A stretch of 64,000 nt of DNA from Toensbergia leucococca (lineage: Eukaryota), in the NCBI GenBank assembly GCA_022813965.1, contig JALDZS010000048.1, positions 1 through 64,000 on the forward strand. The letters run 5' to 3'. A program made the translations under genes and the position numbers. Position 1 is the stretch's first letter. Each line of letters begins with the position of its first letter. Shown piece by piece: positions 23,499 through 34,948 of the stretch. The notes beneath the pieces are model-generated. The model did not search any database, was not told the origin of the DNA, and saw only the letters and a list, made by a program, of their open reading frames with translations.

Positions 23499-25565
23499 TT
23501 ACAAGCCGTGTCCTTCTTTTAGCAACTGTAAGCCCATTTCCTTCAGCTTGAATTTCTGAATCTTCCCACTTGCCGTCTTAGGATAGCTATCTACCCAGAA
23601 CAGATACTTGGGTACTGCAGCAAACGTTAGTTGTAATGTCTCTCAATACCTCGGCAGTGAGGAGTCAAGCTGCACAGACGTACCAAGATGATGACTGAGC
23701 CTTCCCCTTACCCATTCTCTTGCCTCCTCCGCCGCAATTATCGCTCCCTGATGCTTGACGATGAATGCGGCAACGACTTCACCGTATCGCTCGTCACTGA
23801 GGCCAACGACGCTGACCTCCGATACGGATTCATGTCCAAGAAGACAATCTTCTACTTCCAGTGGGTGTATATTCTCCCCGCCCTTTACAATGATATCCTT
23901 GATTCGACCTGTAATTTTGATGTATCCATCTGGATCCATTTCGCCTTCGTCACCGGTCTAACCAGATGTTTAGCTTCTATATTCCGCCGAATCCACGACA
24001 ATTCTTACGTGCATCCACATCTGACCATTACTGTCAGGGCCCATAACCTCGGCCGTCTTGTCTGGGGCTCCCCAGTACTCCTTCATCAATAGATAACCTG
24101 AAACAGCAAGCTCCCCGCGGGCACCAATTGGCATGATCTTGGTGCGATCTAGAGGATCTACGATTTTAGCCTCGACATGCGGCATCAATCTCCCTACACT
24201 ATCAATGCGCTTCTCAAGAGGGTCGCATGGGTATGTCATTGCTGATACAGGGCTTGTCTCTGTCATTCCGTAGCAGATGGTCAATTCGGTTAAATTGAGA
24301 ATTTTGTGGAGCTTCCGCATCAGCTCTGCAGGTATACTCGAGCCAGCGGCAATACCAGTCCGCAAATATTGGAATCCTTCATAAGGTATAGATTTCTTTT
24401 GCAACAGCTCCAGTTCTGCGAGGAACATGGTTGGGACGCCATAGAGAGCTGTACATTGCTCTTCTTGGACACTCTTAAGAGTGGCGTATGGGTCAAAGAC
24501 CTCCTCAGGGAAGACTATGGCGGAACCGTGGGTGCAGGTAGCCATGTAGCCCAGAATACAACCAAAACAATGATAGAGTGGCGGCGGACACGAAACAACG
24601 TCATGCTCTGTGAGGGCCATACGGTCGCCGATACTCTTGCCGTTATTCAAGATTGAGCGGTGAGTGAGACAGGCAGCTTTGGGAGCCGAGGTCGTCCCCG
24701 ATGTAAATTGAATATTGACGACCTCTCGCGGATGAAGGCCCTGCTCAGGCAAAGGCTTTCCAGCTCCGCCATCCTCAGCCACCTGTTCAAACGGAGTAGT
24801 AGCTACCAGTGGCCGAGTGTCTACACGGCCACGGGAATTATCAACAATAATTACTCGTCTCAAAGATGGCGCAGCTTGCGACTCGAGTTTCTGGGCTCCA
24901 ATATCAACAATCAATTGATGTAGCAATGGAACGTTTGATTGAGGTGTCCTTCGGGGAAGGTTCTTCTCGATGCCAATTATGAGATACGAAGCCCCTAGAT
25001 GTCCTAATGCTGCAATGACTTGTTGGGCGTTGAAGGTTGGATTCAGCGGAACCAGAATTGCCCCAATCTTGAAGAGTGCGTAAGTGGCCTCGGGAATGGT
25101 TAGCTTTCAATTTGAATTGGCTCCTTGGGCCTCGTACAATGGCATACTCGACATTGTTACCTAGAGAAACCGCTACGCGGTCCCCTTTCTTCACCCCAAT
25201 ATTGCCCAGCCCTCTTGCTAGAGCATTGCTTTTGCAGTCCAAGGCCTCGTATGTTAGACGGGTCTGTTGATGGCGAGAAATGACTCTAGGGCATGCATCA
25301 GGTTTGTGTAAAGGACATGAATTCAAAAATAGTCACTCACGCCGTGCGTTCACCATATCTGGATACGATCGTGGAGAAATGATCTCCAATAGTCTGCTCG
25401 AGTAGCGGAGGCTTAGAAAAATCAGTCAAGTGACAGGCCGTGGTGGGTGACGACGTGAAATACTTCAGTAGGACCGCGAGAATAGGACTGTGTTAGTATT
25501 CCTCTTCTCTGAGAGAGTGACGTGAGCCACACACGCCTCGAAGCTCGCAAGGCAGCTTGCCTCAT
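23499..25565 (-). CDS. AMP-binding acyl-CoA synthetase (ACSF2-like), probably mitochondrial, multi-exon
   Basis: N-terminus [21 protein letters not shown] resembles a presequence. Motifs: [45 protein letters not shown]. Stop at 23499-23501. Confidence 0.92.
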
Positions 25566-25825
25566 AGCGGACAAGCATCAAGCAGAATTGCAGGAGGGAT
25601 GTCGTGTGCTCGAACATCAATTAGTGTAGAATGCTTACATGTTACGTCTGGAGGAGTGGTGGAGTCTGTTTATGATGACGGCCGAGGCAGTGCGGTGAAT
25701 CTACCAGGCGAAGCATTTTACACTTTCATTGCGTTCCTCCCTCACGCCTCCTAATAACTGGATGCTTCAAAATGCGTATAGGTGTCCAGAACTACACACT
25801 CCTGTCCTTCCACCGCTCCTCCACC

Positions 25826-27128
25826 CTAAAATTTATCCCACTTATCATCATCCCACCCATCCTCTCTCCCCTTCCTCATCGCCGCCGTCCCAATCGCACC
25901 ACCTTTTCCTCCATTCACTTCCCCAAACGAATCCCAAAAATCCTTTTTATCCGGATCAACCGCTGATCTAGACGTTATGTGACTAGAAGTAGAAGGGTCG
26001 GATTCGTCGCTAACAAAGCGATTGAACTGCTCGGCCGCGCCTTTGGTGCCGGATTGAATATTTTGCGCAACTTGGGCCGCTGTGAGCCGGGCCTGGCTTG
26101 CGAGGTCGGCCTCGGCCAGCTATTGTGGGGAAAGGCGAAGGCCTTTGGGTCAGCGCTGTCGGATCCATATAGTCTCCTGCTCCTAGGGGTAAACGTGAAA
26201 GGCACATGGAATAGACTCTCCACCCACCTTCTGCGCTGTTGGCTGAATCCACCCTTCGTTAACCGTTTTGGCCCCCTTCCCCACTGTTGTCGTGAACCAC
26301 CCCAATCCCTTTGTCAGCGCTGCGACAGGATCTCTCTGGAATTCGTCTACCCCTGGAATACCCCCTTGCACCTCCCTCTCCCCATTTCTCGCTGACGGCG
26401 TGACATCGCTTCCGAAACCCGCATACTTTCCCCCTTGACTAGGTGGTAAATCTCTCGGTCTTGTCGCATTCTCGCCTCCTTTCTTTGCAAAGAACGCTTC
26501 ATTCTGCGCTTTCTTCTCGAGTCCCCCCATACTCATAGCAGGAGACCCCGCCCTCGCTCTCTCCCCAACCGGAGTCGAGGCTCTTGGCGTTCCCGTCCTT
26601 GTCGCCTCAACTCGTGACCCACTTAAACCCCCTCGATCTCCTCTCTTCACTACCCTCACAAAATCCTTTCCCTCAACCTTCGCACTCAACCTTTCCTTCC
26701 ATTCCTCGCCCACCTCCCCGCCATATCTCTCCCTCAACACCTCTACCCCTCTCACTCCTGGCATACCACCCTCATCCCACCTCTCCCCTGTCTTTCCCTC
26801 CCAAAACACCCTCCAAGCCTCGTTTCCCCCTTCCTCCATGCGTCGCATTTCCCCAGTCTTGAACGCATCCATGGTAATGCTTCTCACAAACGAGATGTGT
26901 ACGCCTAGACCCCGGTGGAGGCCGGCGCAGGAGAGGCAGATAAAGGCGCCGAATTTTGGGGAGGCCCATTGCGGGGCGGGGGCTGCGCAGTCACAGCAGA
27001 GGGAATTGGCGGTGACTTTTTGGAGGGAGAGGAGCTGAGTTGGGAGGAAACAAGGAGTTAGTGAACTATAATTCGGTGGGAGGAGAGAATTGTACTTTGC
27101 TTTTCGTCTCGGCGTCTACCTCCCACAT
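25826..27128 (-). CDS. gcs1: ArfGAP zinc-finger protein Gcs1, 3 exons
   Basis: MWEVDAETKSK|LLSLQ...CCDC...PQWASPKFGAFICLSCAGLHRGLGVHISFVRSITMD, plus LPPSQGGKYAGFGS and a C-terminal KDFWDSF...WDKF*. Confidence 0.9.
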
Positions 27129-27763
27129 TGTGTAAAGCGTGGCATGCGCCAGAGGGTTGATCGAAAGACACTAAGTAGTCAGTGCTCTAGTTGAGGCATT
27201 GCATGATAGCAATAGAAAATTTATTTCACAGCTTGGTTGTTTGTAATCTAGGAAATGCATATGTTGTTGGACTATCGTCTGTGGATCGCGATTTCAATAT
27301 CGGTATGTAAGTTAAGCGCCCGACCCCCTTGCCTCGGGAGTGCCGGTCGTTGCAGAAACGGATAGTCGCTACGAGTATCACACGAGAGAAGTCAAAATTG
27401 AAAATATTGTAAACTTTTCCATTCCATTGCCCTTCCCACAATGCTCACCACTAAAGTACAGGTTTCATTGAGACTAGAGCTGGAACAACATAGCAAGAAG
27501 AGAAATTCGTGAGTAGTAGTACAAGCAAAAGTATCCCCAGTCCCGCTGGCGAAATAGTGCCTCTAGAGACCCCCGGGGAGAAGGAAACAAGACGCTCTAT
27601 ATGCCATGAAAAACTTTCACCAGTGTCGACTGTCTCCCCTCGTCAAAGCTAGAAACCACTAAGTTCATCACATCTCCCACATGAATTGAATACACGGCGG
27701 CCATAAAAGATCGCCGGGTACATCCTTCACAACTGTTGTTCTTCATGTTAGCCAGACCTATAC

Positions 27764-29053
27764 TTAGGCGATGATACCGGAAGGTTCGTCATTGGCTTGA
27801 AGAACGCCATTCTCCTTTAGTGGTTCAGTCCCTGCCGCTTCTGGATCAACGTCTTCCTTGCCTGGGCTATCGATGGCAACCTTGACAGCAATCTCACGCC
27901 CGTCGACTTCCTTTCCGTTCATCTCGCTTACAGCTTTTTGCTGCATCTCCTCCGAGGCAAGTGAGACAAATCCGAAGCCACGACCTTTGCGGGGTTCATT
28001 ACGAGCCTGGAGCTTCTTGACCATGAAGCGAGGAATTGGACGTAGAGCAATCTTAGCAGCAGACGGGGAGTATGGTTCGAACAGTTCTTTGAGCTACATG
28101 ATACCATCAGTACGGGTGAAGTGGTAGGTTTTGAACCAAAGCCAACTCACCTTCTCTTCGCTAAGGTCGTACGGCAGGTTTGCAACCATGACCTTGTTCT
28201 TTGACGGAATTCCATCTTCAGGAGGTCCACGCTGTTTGGGTTGTCTCGGAGCGCGTGGTTTATTATCCTTGACTGCTTCGACAGTTGCGGCTTCGTCGCC
28301 AGCTTTCTCAGTAGGGAGATCCTCGTTCGTAGTCTCAGTCAACGGCAAAACCTGGCCAGGAACATTAGTGGGACCATCAGCGTTGTTCTGACGCTATTGA
28401 AAACGTCTTGTCAGCTGTGAATCACCCTTCGGAGAGTCGAAAATGAAATACTTACACTACGACCACCACGGCCTGTACGACCTCCACGACCACGTCCGCG
28501 TCCACGGCCACGTCCGGAACTTCTCCTCCTACCTCCTTCGCCACCGCTGACACCCTCGCCTCCGCTAGCAGCTGCCTCGGCCTTTTCCGCAGCAGTCTCT
28601 GGCTTACGAGCGAGCTGAACAGACACCTTGCGCTCGAGTATTTCCTTTCCTGACAGCTCATTGATTGCACGTTGGGCTTCGGTTGGGGTGGAAAGATCTA
28701 CAAAAGCGTAGCCGACCGGACGAGTGGTTCGAGGGTTGCAAGGGATGGACGTGGACTCGCTGAATTAGACAGGCGTATTAGTGCAGGCCTGACGAGGCCA
28801 CATGTTTGTAAACATTTGATAGGCAGGAGGCATACATGAGGTAACCAGTGAAGAAATCTTTCAGATCCCCCTCAGTGGTCGCGTACGCGAGGTTCCCAAT
28901 GTACAGACGACGTCCCTCAGCAGCACTAGCAATAACAGCCTCATTTTCGGAAGCATTGATAGGCTCGCCGCCAGTAGCTGTATTGGCACCAGCTGAGGGA
29001 TCTTCGATGCGAGCGGTGGCCATTGAATCAGTGAGGTTGTCGACGGCAGACAT
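27764..29053 (-). CDS. RRM-RGG-RRM RNA-binding protein (Sbp1/Rnp24-like), 4 exons
   Basis: RRM1 LYIGNL/VGYAFVDL, a central GRGRGRGRGGR tract, and RRM2 VMVANL/RGFGFVSL. Confidence 0.88.
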
Positions 29054-29548
29054 TCTGATTTACGTGAAAGTGAATTGAGCTTAGCTCTGCCGGTATCTTG
29101 AAATGAGTAGGGAAAAGGAGGATGGTCGAGGGGGATTTTAAGGGTAGCTACGTGCCCTAGATAAGAGTTGAGTGTTGAATGTTTTGGGTTGAAATTGATT
29201 GTCAAAATGTTGATGGAAGGGATAGGAGTTCTGAAATAAAATCTTGAGTGCATGATCGCGCTAAGGTAATTGGAAGACATCAAGCGAGCATTACGCTCTA
29301 GCCTGGTACTAAAAAAAATCATTCACCGCCGCGAAGGCGGCGAGTCACCAGGTCCGGGAGTGAATGATCCTTCTTTCATCTTCACTCGACTTCCCCTTCC
29401 TTTTCCCTCGAGTCATCGTCCGTTAACATGGCTTGCTTTCCTCCATGGTGTTGACTGTTTATAGAGTTCTATATATGACTCTATTCTACTCGTACATGAA
29501 ATCGTAGGGCTCTATTCGGTAGGAATGATACACAATCACCTTACGTAG

Positions 29549-31701
29549 ATGCCTTTCTTCCCCATGATCATGAATACTGAAACGGGCAGCAATGGTCAGC
29601 AACATGATCGGTCGGCTATCGTGTTGTATGGCTCTGAAACAGGCAATGCGCAGGACGTAGCAGATGAACTGGGCCGTATCACTGAACGTCTTCATTTCCT
29701 TACGCACGTTTCGAACCTGGATGCCATCGAGCCAGTACGTGATGCGGCACGAATACGTCCAGTACAGCTGAGCTGATGCTACGCAGTCATCTTTGCCAAA
29801 GCACAAGCTTGTTATTTTTGCAGTCTCAACTACGGGCCAAGGCGACCTACCTTCAAACGCTCGATCTTTTTGGAAAAGCCTGCTTCGTAAGAAACTACCA
29901 CCAACCTATCTCGAGCATGTGCAATTCACCACCTTTGGGCTTGGTGATAGCTCATATCCCAAGTCTGTTCTCACCATTTACAAACATCCAGTACTATATT
30001 TACATCTACACTAGATTTAATTGGGCCGCTCGTAAACTCCACAAGAGATTGAGCCAATTAGGGGCCAATGAGATATACCCTCGAGGCGAAGCAGATGACC
30101 AACATCCTGAAGGGTTTGACTAAATAGTCGATCCTTATGACAGCAGTCTCGCTGACTCTAAAACTAGACTTGATGCTAGCTTTCTCCCGTGGTCGATAGA
30201 CCTTCGCCAGCATCTCCTAGTGAAGTTTCCACTCGCTCAGGGCATAGACCCTATTCCCGAAGACGTATTGCTCCACCCGAAATGGCTCTTATCATTCGCA
30301 GAAGATCCTCAGACTAATTCTGTGCATTCAAATTTGAACGGCAAAAGCCAAGAGTATAATCAGATCCATGATATTCTTAATGAAAAGCCCCAGAGAAATT
30401 TAGGCGTATTTTCAAATGGGAAAAGCAATCACAGTCGTCAGGAGAAGAACAGCGAACGTCTGACCGTAACTCTTGAAAAGAATGGTCGTATTACTCCGAG
30501 CACACATTGGCAGGATGTTCGCCATCTCATATTTACTTCCCCTTCAACGCTATCTTACGCGCCAGGGGACATTCTTACCCTGTATCCCAAGAATCAGCCC
30601 GAGGATGTCAACCGAATCTTGGAGATCATGGATTGGGCGTCAATTGCAGATAAGACGGTTTTTTTTGTCCCGACAGGGCCTGATTCCGGATCGAATCTCT
30701 ATCCATCACAACCTGTCTCGGTTCAGTCCGGCACCGCAAACCTAAGTCTCCGAACTATCTTGACAGAGTACCTCGATCTCAACGCTCTACCTCGTCGATC
30801 TTTCTTTTCCCTGATATCACACTTCACCGTCGACAAAATGCAAAAGGAGCGACTGCTCGAATTTACAAATCCAGATTACCTTGATGAATTGTACGATTAT
30901 ACCACTAGATCTAGACGCAGCATCCTAGAAGTACTGCAAGAATTTTCATCCGTTAAGATTCCATGGCAGTGGGTGGCCAGTGTGTTACCAGAACTCCGTG
31001 GCCGCCAATTTAGTATCGCGAGTGGAGGACAGCTGAAGAGTGGCGGGGAAAGCGAAGGGCGATGTGAGCTATTGGTGGCTATAGTCAAGTATAAGACTGT
31101 AATCAAGAAAATTCGGGAAGGAGTGTGTACTCGATACATCGCGGGTCTACTGCCAGGTATACAAATGAATGTGACGTTACAGAAAGGAGGCTTGGGTATA
31201 ACGAAAGCAGAAGCCAGACGACCAGTAGTGATGATCGGCCCAGGGACTGGTATCGCACCAATGAGATCCCTCATATGGGAGAGAGTTCAATGGGCTGAAG
31301 AGTGGAAGCTTCTGAACAAAAGTAATGGCGTGTCTTTACTGGGGGAAAGTGTTCTCTTCTTCGGTTGCCGAAACCGCAACGCCGACTTTTTCTTCGAATC
31401 CGAGTGGGAATCTATACAGGACAGAATACCTCTGAAGGTGTTTTCAGCGTTTTCACGCGACCAGAAAGAAAAGATCTACGTGCAAGATCTCCTCATCCAG
31501 CAATGCGATCTCGTTTTTCGCCTCCTTTATCAATCTGGTGGCATAGTGTACATCTGCGGCTCTTCCGGAAAGATGCCATTGGCTGTTCGGGAAGCCTTGA
31601 TCGAAGTCTTCCAAAAAGGCGGCAGGATGGAACGCGGGGATGCGGAAGCGTACTTGCAGGCCATGGAGAAGCAAGGGAGGTACAAGCAGGAAACGTGGTA
31701 G
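29549..31701 (+). CDS. tah18: NADPH-dependent diflavin oxidoreductase Tah18/NDOR1, 4 exons (start could be 29564 or 29570)
   Basis: LYGSETGNAQDVA, STTGQG, FGLGDSSYPK|FNWAARKLHKRL, THWQDVRH, RQFSIAS, GPGTGIAPMRS, FFGCRN, ICGSSGKMP and terminal YKQETW. Confidence 0.95.
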
Positions 31702-31812
31702 AGGTATGATTATCTAATACACCACGACTCGTCGTCTTACTCGTATGCGCACGCTGAGCTACAGTCCTCGGTCCCCCTGCTTCACTACCTATGTACCCTG
31801 TGAATCCATGCA

Positions 31813-33165
31813 ATGACTCCTCCTACCACAGCAGCCCATTCCCCTCGTATGAACAGCCAAGATTCCTCTTGTACATCACACGGTATTACTCACATCATTA
31901 TGCCCATCCTCGAAGACATCATCGGCTTACCAGCCCCTAAAACCTCCAAATCTCCACGACGACGTCTCTCAGAGACTATGTCACCAACTCGCCCACCACC
32001 ACCGCCGCCACCAGCACCACCGTTGCCGCGAGTAGGCATACAACACCGTCTTACTCCCAAAGCACCAGAGTTACCGGCACCCATGAAGATAAATCCCATT
32101 GGGCTCAAAATTGCAGAAGTTCCTGCATCATCTTTATTCCGCCCACTAGCAACCCTGCTACCAGCTCAACCCTCAGAACTTCCTCTACTACCGCCTTCAG
32201 AACTCCCTCCACCTCCACCATCAGAGCTTCCCAACCCACCACCCGCCTCAACCCTCACCATCTCTCACCCCATCACCCTCACCCAACTAACCCCTCCCCC
32301 TCCAGCTCTCCTAATCGGCCTCTCCGGCAGCACCGGCTCCGGCAAAACCACAATCTCCCACCTCCTTCCCCTCCTCTTTCCCAAAAGCAACCCCTTCTTC
32401 GCCCTCCACCTCAACGACTTCCTCATTCCAAAAGACCACCCGACTCCCCACCCCCAAACCCGTACCCTCGCCACCGACACACCCTCAGCCCTCGACTACC
32501 CCTCCCTCCTGGCCATCCTCACCTACGCAAAAACCCACAACCACCTCCCCCCAACCTTCCACACCCTCCAACCCGAAGCCGCCGACCGCGCCCACGCCCT
32601 TGCCCTCGTTTCCCCCACCCAACTAGACTCCCTCCGCGCCACCCTCGCTGCCCCCGGTCTCCTGCGCCCCGGCCAAGCAATTGGCATCGTGGAAGGCGAC
32701 CTGCTCTTCCACAACGCCCGCCTGCGCTCTCTCCTCGATGTAAAAATCCTTCTACGCACCACCCGCGCTCTGGCTCGCGCTCGCTATTTCGCTCAACCCG
32801 AATACTTGCCGGGTCCGACGACGACTGGAGTTACGGGGAGAGAGGAGAAGGTTTGTTGGTGGCGGACGGAGAAGTATTTCGACGAGGTTGTGTGGCGGAA
32901 TTTTGAGAGGGTGCATGGGGTGCTCTTTGTGGGCGGGGATGTGGAGGGAAGAATTGAGGAGGGGGTTTGTGCTGATTTGGGGATTTCGGTCATAGGGGCG
33001 TTGGAGGCGGGGGTGGGGGAGGTGTTGGGGTGGGTTGTTGGAGTTTTGGTTGGGGAGGTGGAAAGAGGAGTGGGTGGGGATGAGGAGGACGGGGACGGGG
33101 GGGGGGAGGGGGATGAGGAGGGGTGGGTGGGGTGGTTGAGGAGGGTGTTGTATGAGCTTTTGTGA
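31813..33165 (+). CDS. Divergent nicotinamide-riboside-kinase-like P-loop protein with a long Pro-rich N-terminus
   Basis: IGLSGSTGSGKTT (Walker A), HLNDF, IVEGDLLF, LDVKILLR and YFDEVVWRNF...HGVLFVGGDVEG follow the order of fungal NRK motifs. The true start codon is uncertain. Confidence 0.7.
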   Translation: MTPPTTAAHSPRMNSQDSSCTSHGITHIIMPILEDIIGLPAPKTSKSPRRRLSETMSPTRPPPPPPPAPPLPRVGIQHRLTPKAPELPAPMKINPIGLKIAEVPASSLFRPLATLLPAQPSELPLLPPSELPPPPPSELPNPPPASTLTISHPITLTQLTPPPPALLIGLSGSTGSGKTTISHLLPLLFPKSNPFFALHLNDFLIPKDHPTPHPQTRTLATDTPSALDYPSLLAILTYAKTHNHLPPTFHTLQPEAADRAHALALVSPTQLDSLRATLAAPGLLRPGQAIGIVEGDLLFHNARLRSLLDVKILLRTTRALARARYFAQPEYLPGPTTTGVTGREEKVCWWRTEKYFDEVVWRNFERVHGVLFVGGDVEGRIEEGVCADLGISVIGALEAGVGEVLGWVVGVLVGEVERGVGGDEEDGDGGGEGDEEGWVGWLRRVLYELL

Positions 33166-34948
33166 GAGCGTTGGTTTTAGAGGGGGGGGATATTTGAGGA
33201 TTTGGATGGGCCTTGAGCTTGCGAAATACCCTAGAGCATTCGGTATTTTTTTTTGTTTTGTGGACCTGTGGATGGGGATGGAGGTGGTGTTTTGATCTGT
33301 ATGCTTTTTTGCATGCTTTTTAGAGGGGGGGTTTTCGGGTCATTTGGTGATGGAACACTGATGTGCTCTTTCGTGCCATTTTTTACATGATCTGTCGATT
33401 AGATGAACGGGTGGGGTGAGGGGGGGTTGTTGATACTTTCTTTTTCGTGGATCTGAGACTTTTCTTTTCTTCATATCAGGAGATCACACCTCAGTGACGA
33501 AGTTTTCATCCCTCAAGACGCCCCCTCCCTTCAACTTTTTTTCCTCTCACTCCTCTCACTCCTCTCATACTTATCCAAGGCGCAAACACAAAGGGTGACT
33601 AATGGAAATTGGATCTTTTGTCATCGTTGGGAATTTTTGGTGAGGGTGAGTAGTACTAGTAGAGTACATTATAAGTCAACAGGTCATGTATGAACCAAGC
33701 AATAGAAACTTTCCCCAAATGAGAAAAATTGAGGGAGATGGGAGTCAACAACAAACACCTAAATAACAAATAAAACAAAACAAAAACAAAAACAAATAGA
33801 AAAAACCACGCAGGGAAAAATGGCCCAAAAAAAATCCATAGGGTATGAAAAATACAAAGCCCCCTCCCCAGCGGATTGTGAGAGAAAAAATAAAATGAAA
33901 CAGTCTAGAAATCTCGTGCGTGGCCGTTTCGGATAGACTTTGGTGTGAATAGGTAAATGATCCCAAAAAATCCCATTGAAGGGGTTTTCTTTTTTCAAAT
34001 TTTGATATAGTAGATGATCTATTCTGGACACATTGACCCTGTCACCTACATGGGAGGGGGTTTGGTGGTGGGAAGGGGGAAAAATTTGGGCGGGACTCAT
34101 TTTGCTCATTTATCGTGATTGATAGGATACCTGGTCAACTTCTACTCCCCCCCCTTTTTTTTTCTTTTTTAGTACAAAGCAGATTTGTAGTGACGAGTTC
34201 CAATTTTCACCATATCACACAAGTCAGATGAAAGCATCAAAAATCAATGTATCAAAACGATTTCCATTCATCTTCGTTTCCCCTCCTTTTCCCCCCAATC
34301 TATCTTGAATGAAGCCCGGCTTCGCCCCCACACCGTCCCAGATGCAAAAAGAAAAAACGTGTGGTACAAAGGGGGGACGAAGGAGCTCCCCCTCTGGAGA
34401 AAATAAAAAGAAAAACACAATCCCCCAAGAGAGCGAGCGCTTCAAGATGTGCTTTTGTTCTCAATACACCGCCCAACCGCCCCCCCGCTCCTTTTCCCTG
34501 AAAGCAAATGAATGATGAGAGCTCCTTGGAACGACGAGGACGCCTGGCAGTAGTGGCTCATGCAGACCACTCAACCCTATTTCACCTTGCCAATAACCCC
34601 GTTTCCCTGGCCTCCAAGATGCTAGTATTGCAAGGACGCCAGCAAGGAAGATTGGTACATGACAATGGGGAAGCACAGGCTTCTTTGCATACAGAATACA
34701 GTGGAAACGCCGATGTTAATCCAAAAGGCGCATCATCAGAGCCGGTAAGCGCAATGTGTAGTACATATACAGATATTCACACACCTGCAAGTGTGCCAAG
34801 GAAAAGACCGGCCACCAATATTTGGTCATCTACCCGGGATTCGAAATGAGCATAAGTTCGGATACTCCATCGAGAAAGCATTTGCAGGAATTGAACCTTC
34901 GTCACATTGATCAGGGATTCGCGAGTCGCAAATAGAGACACTGTATAT

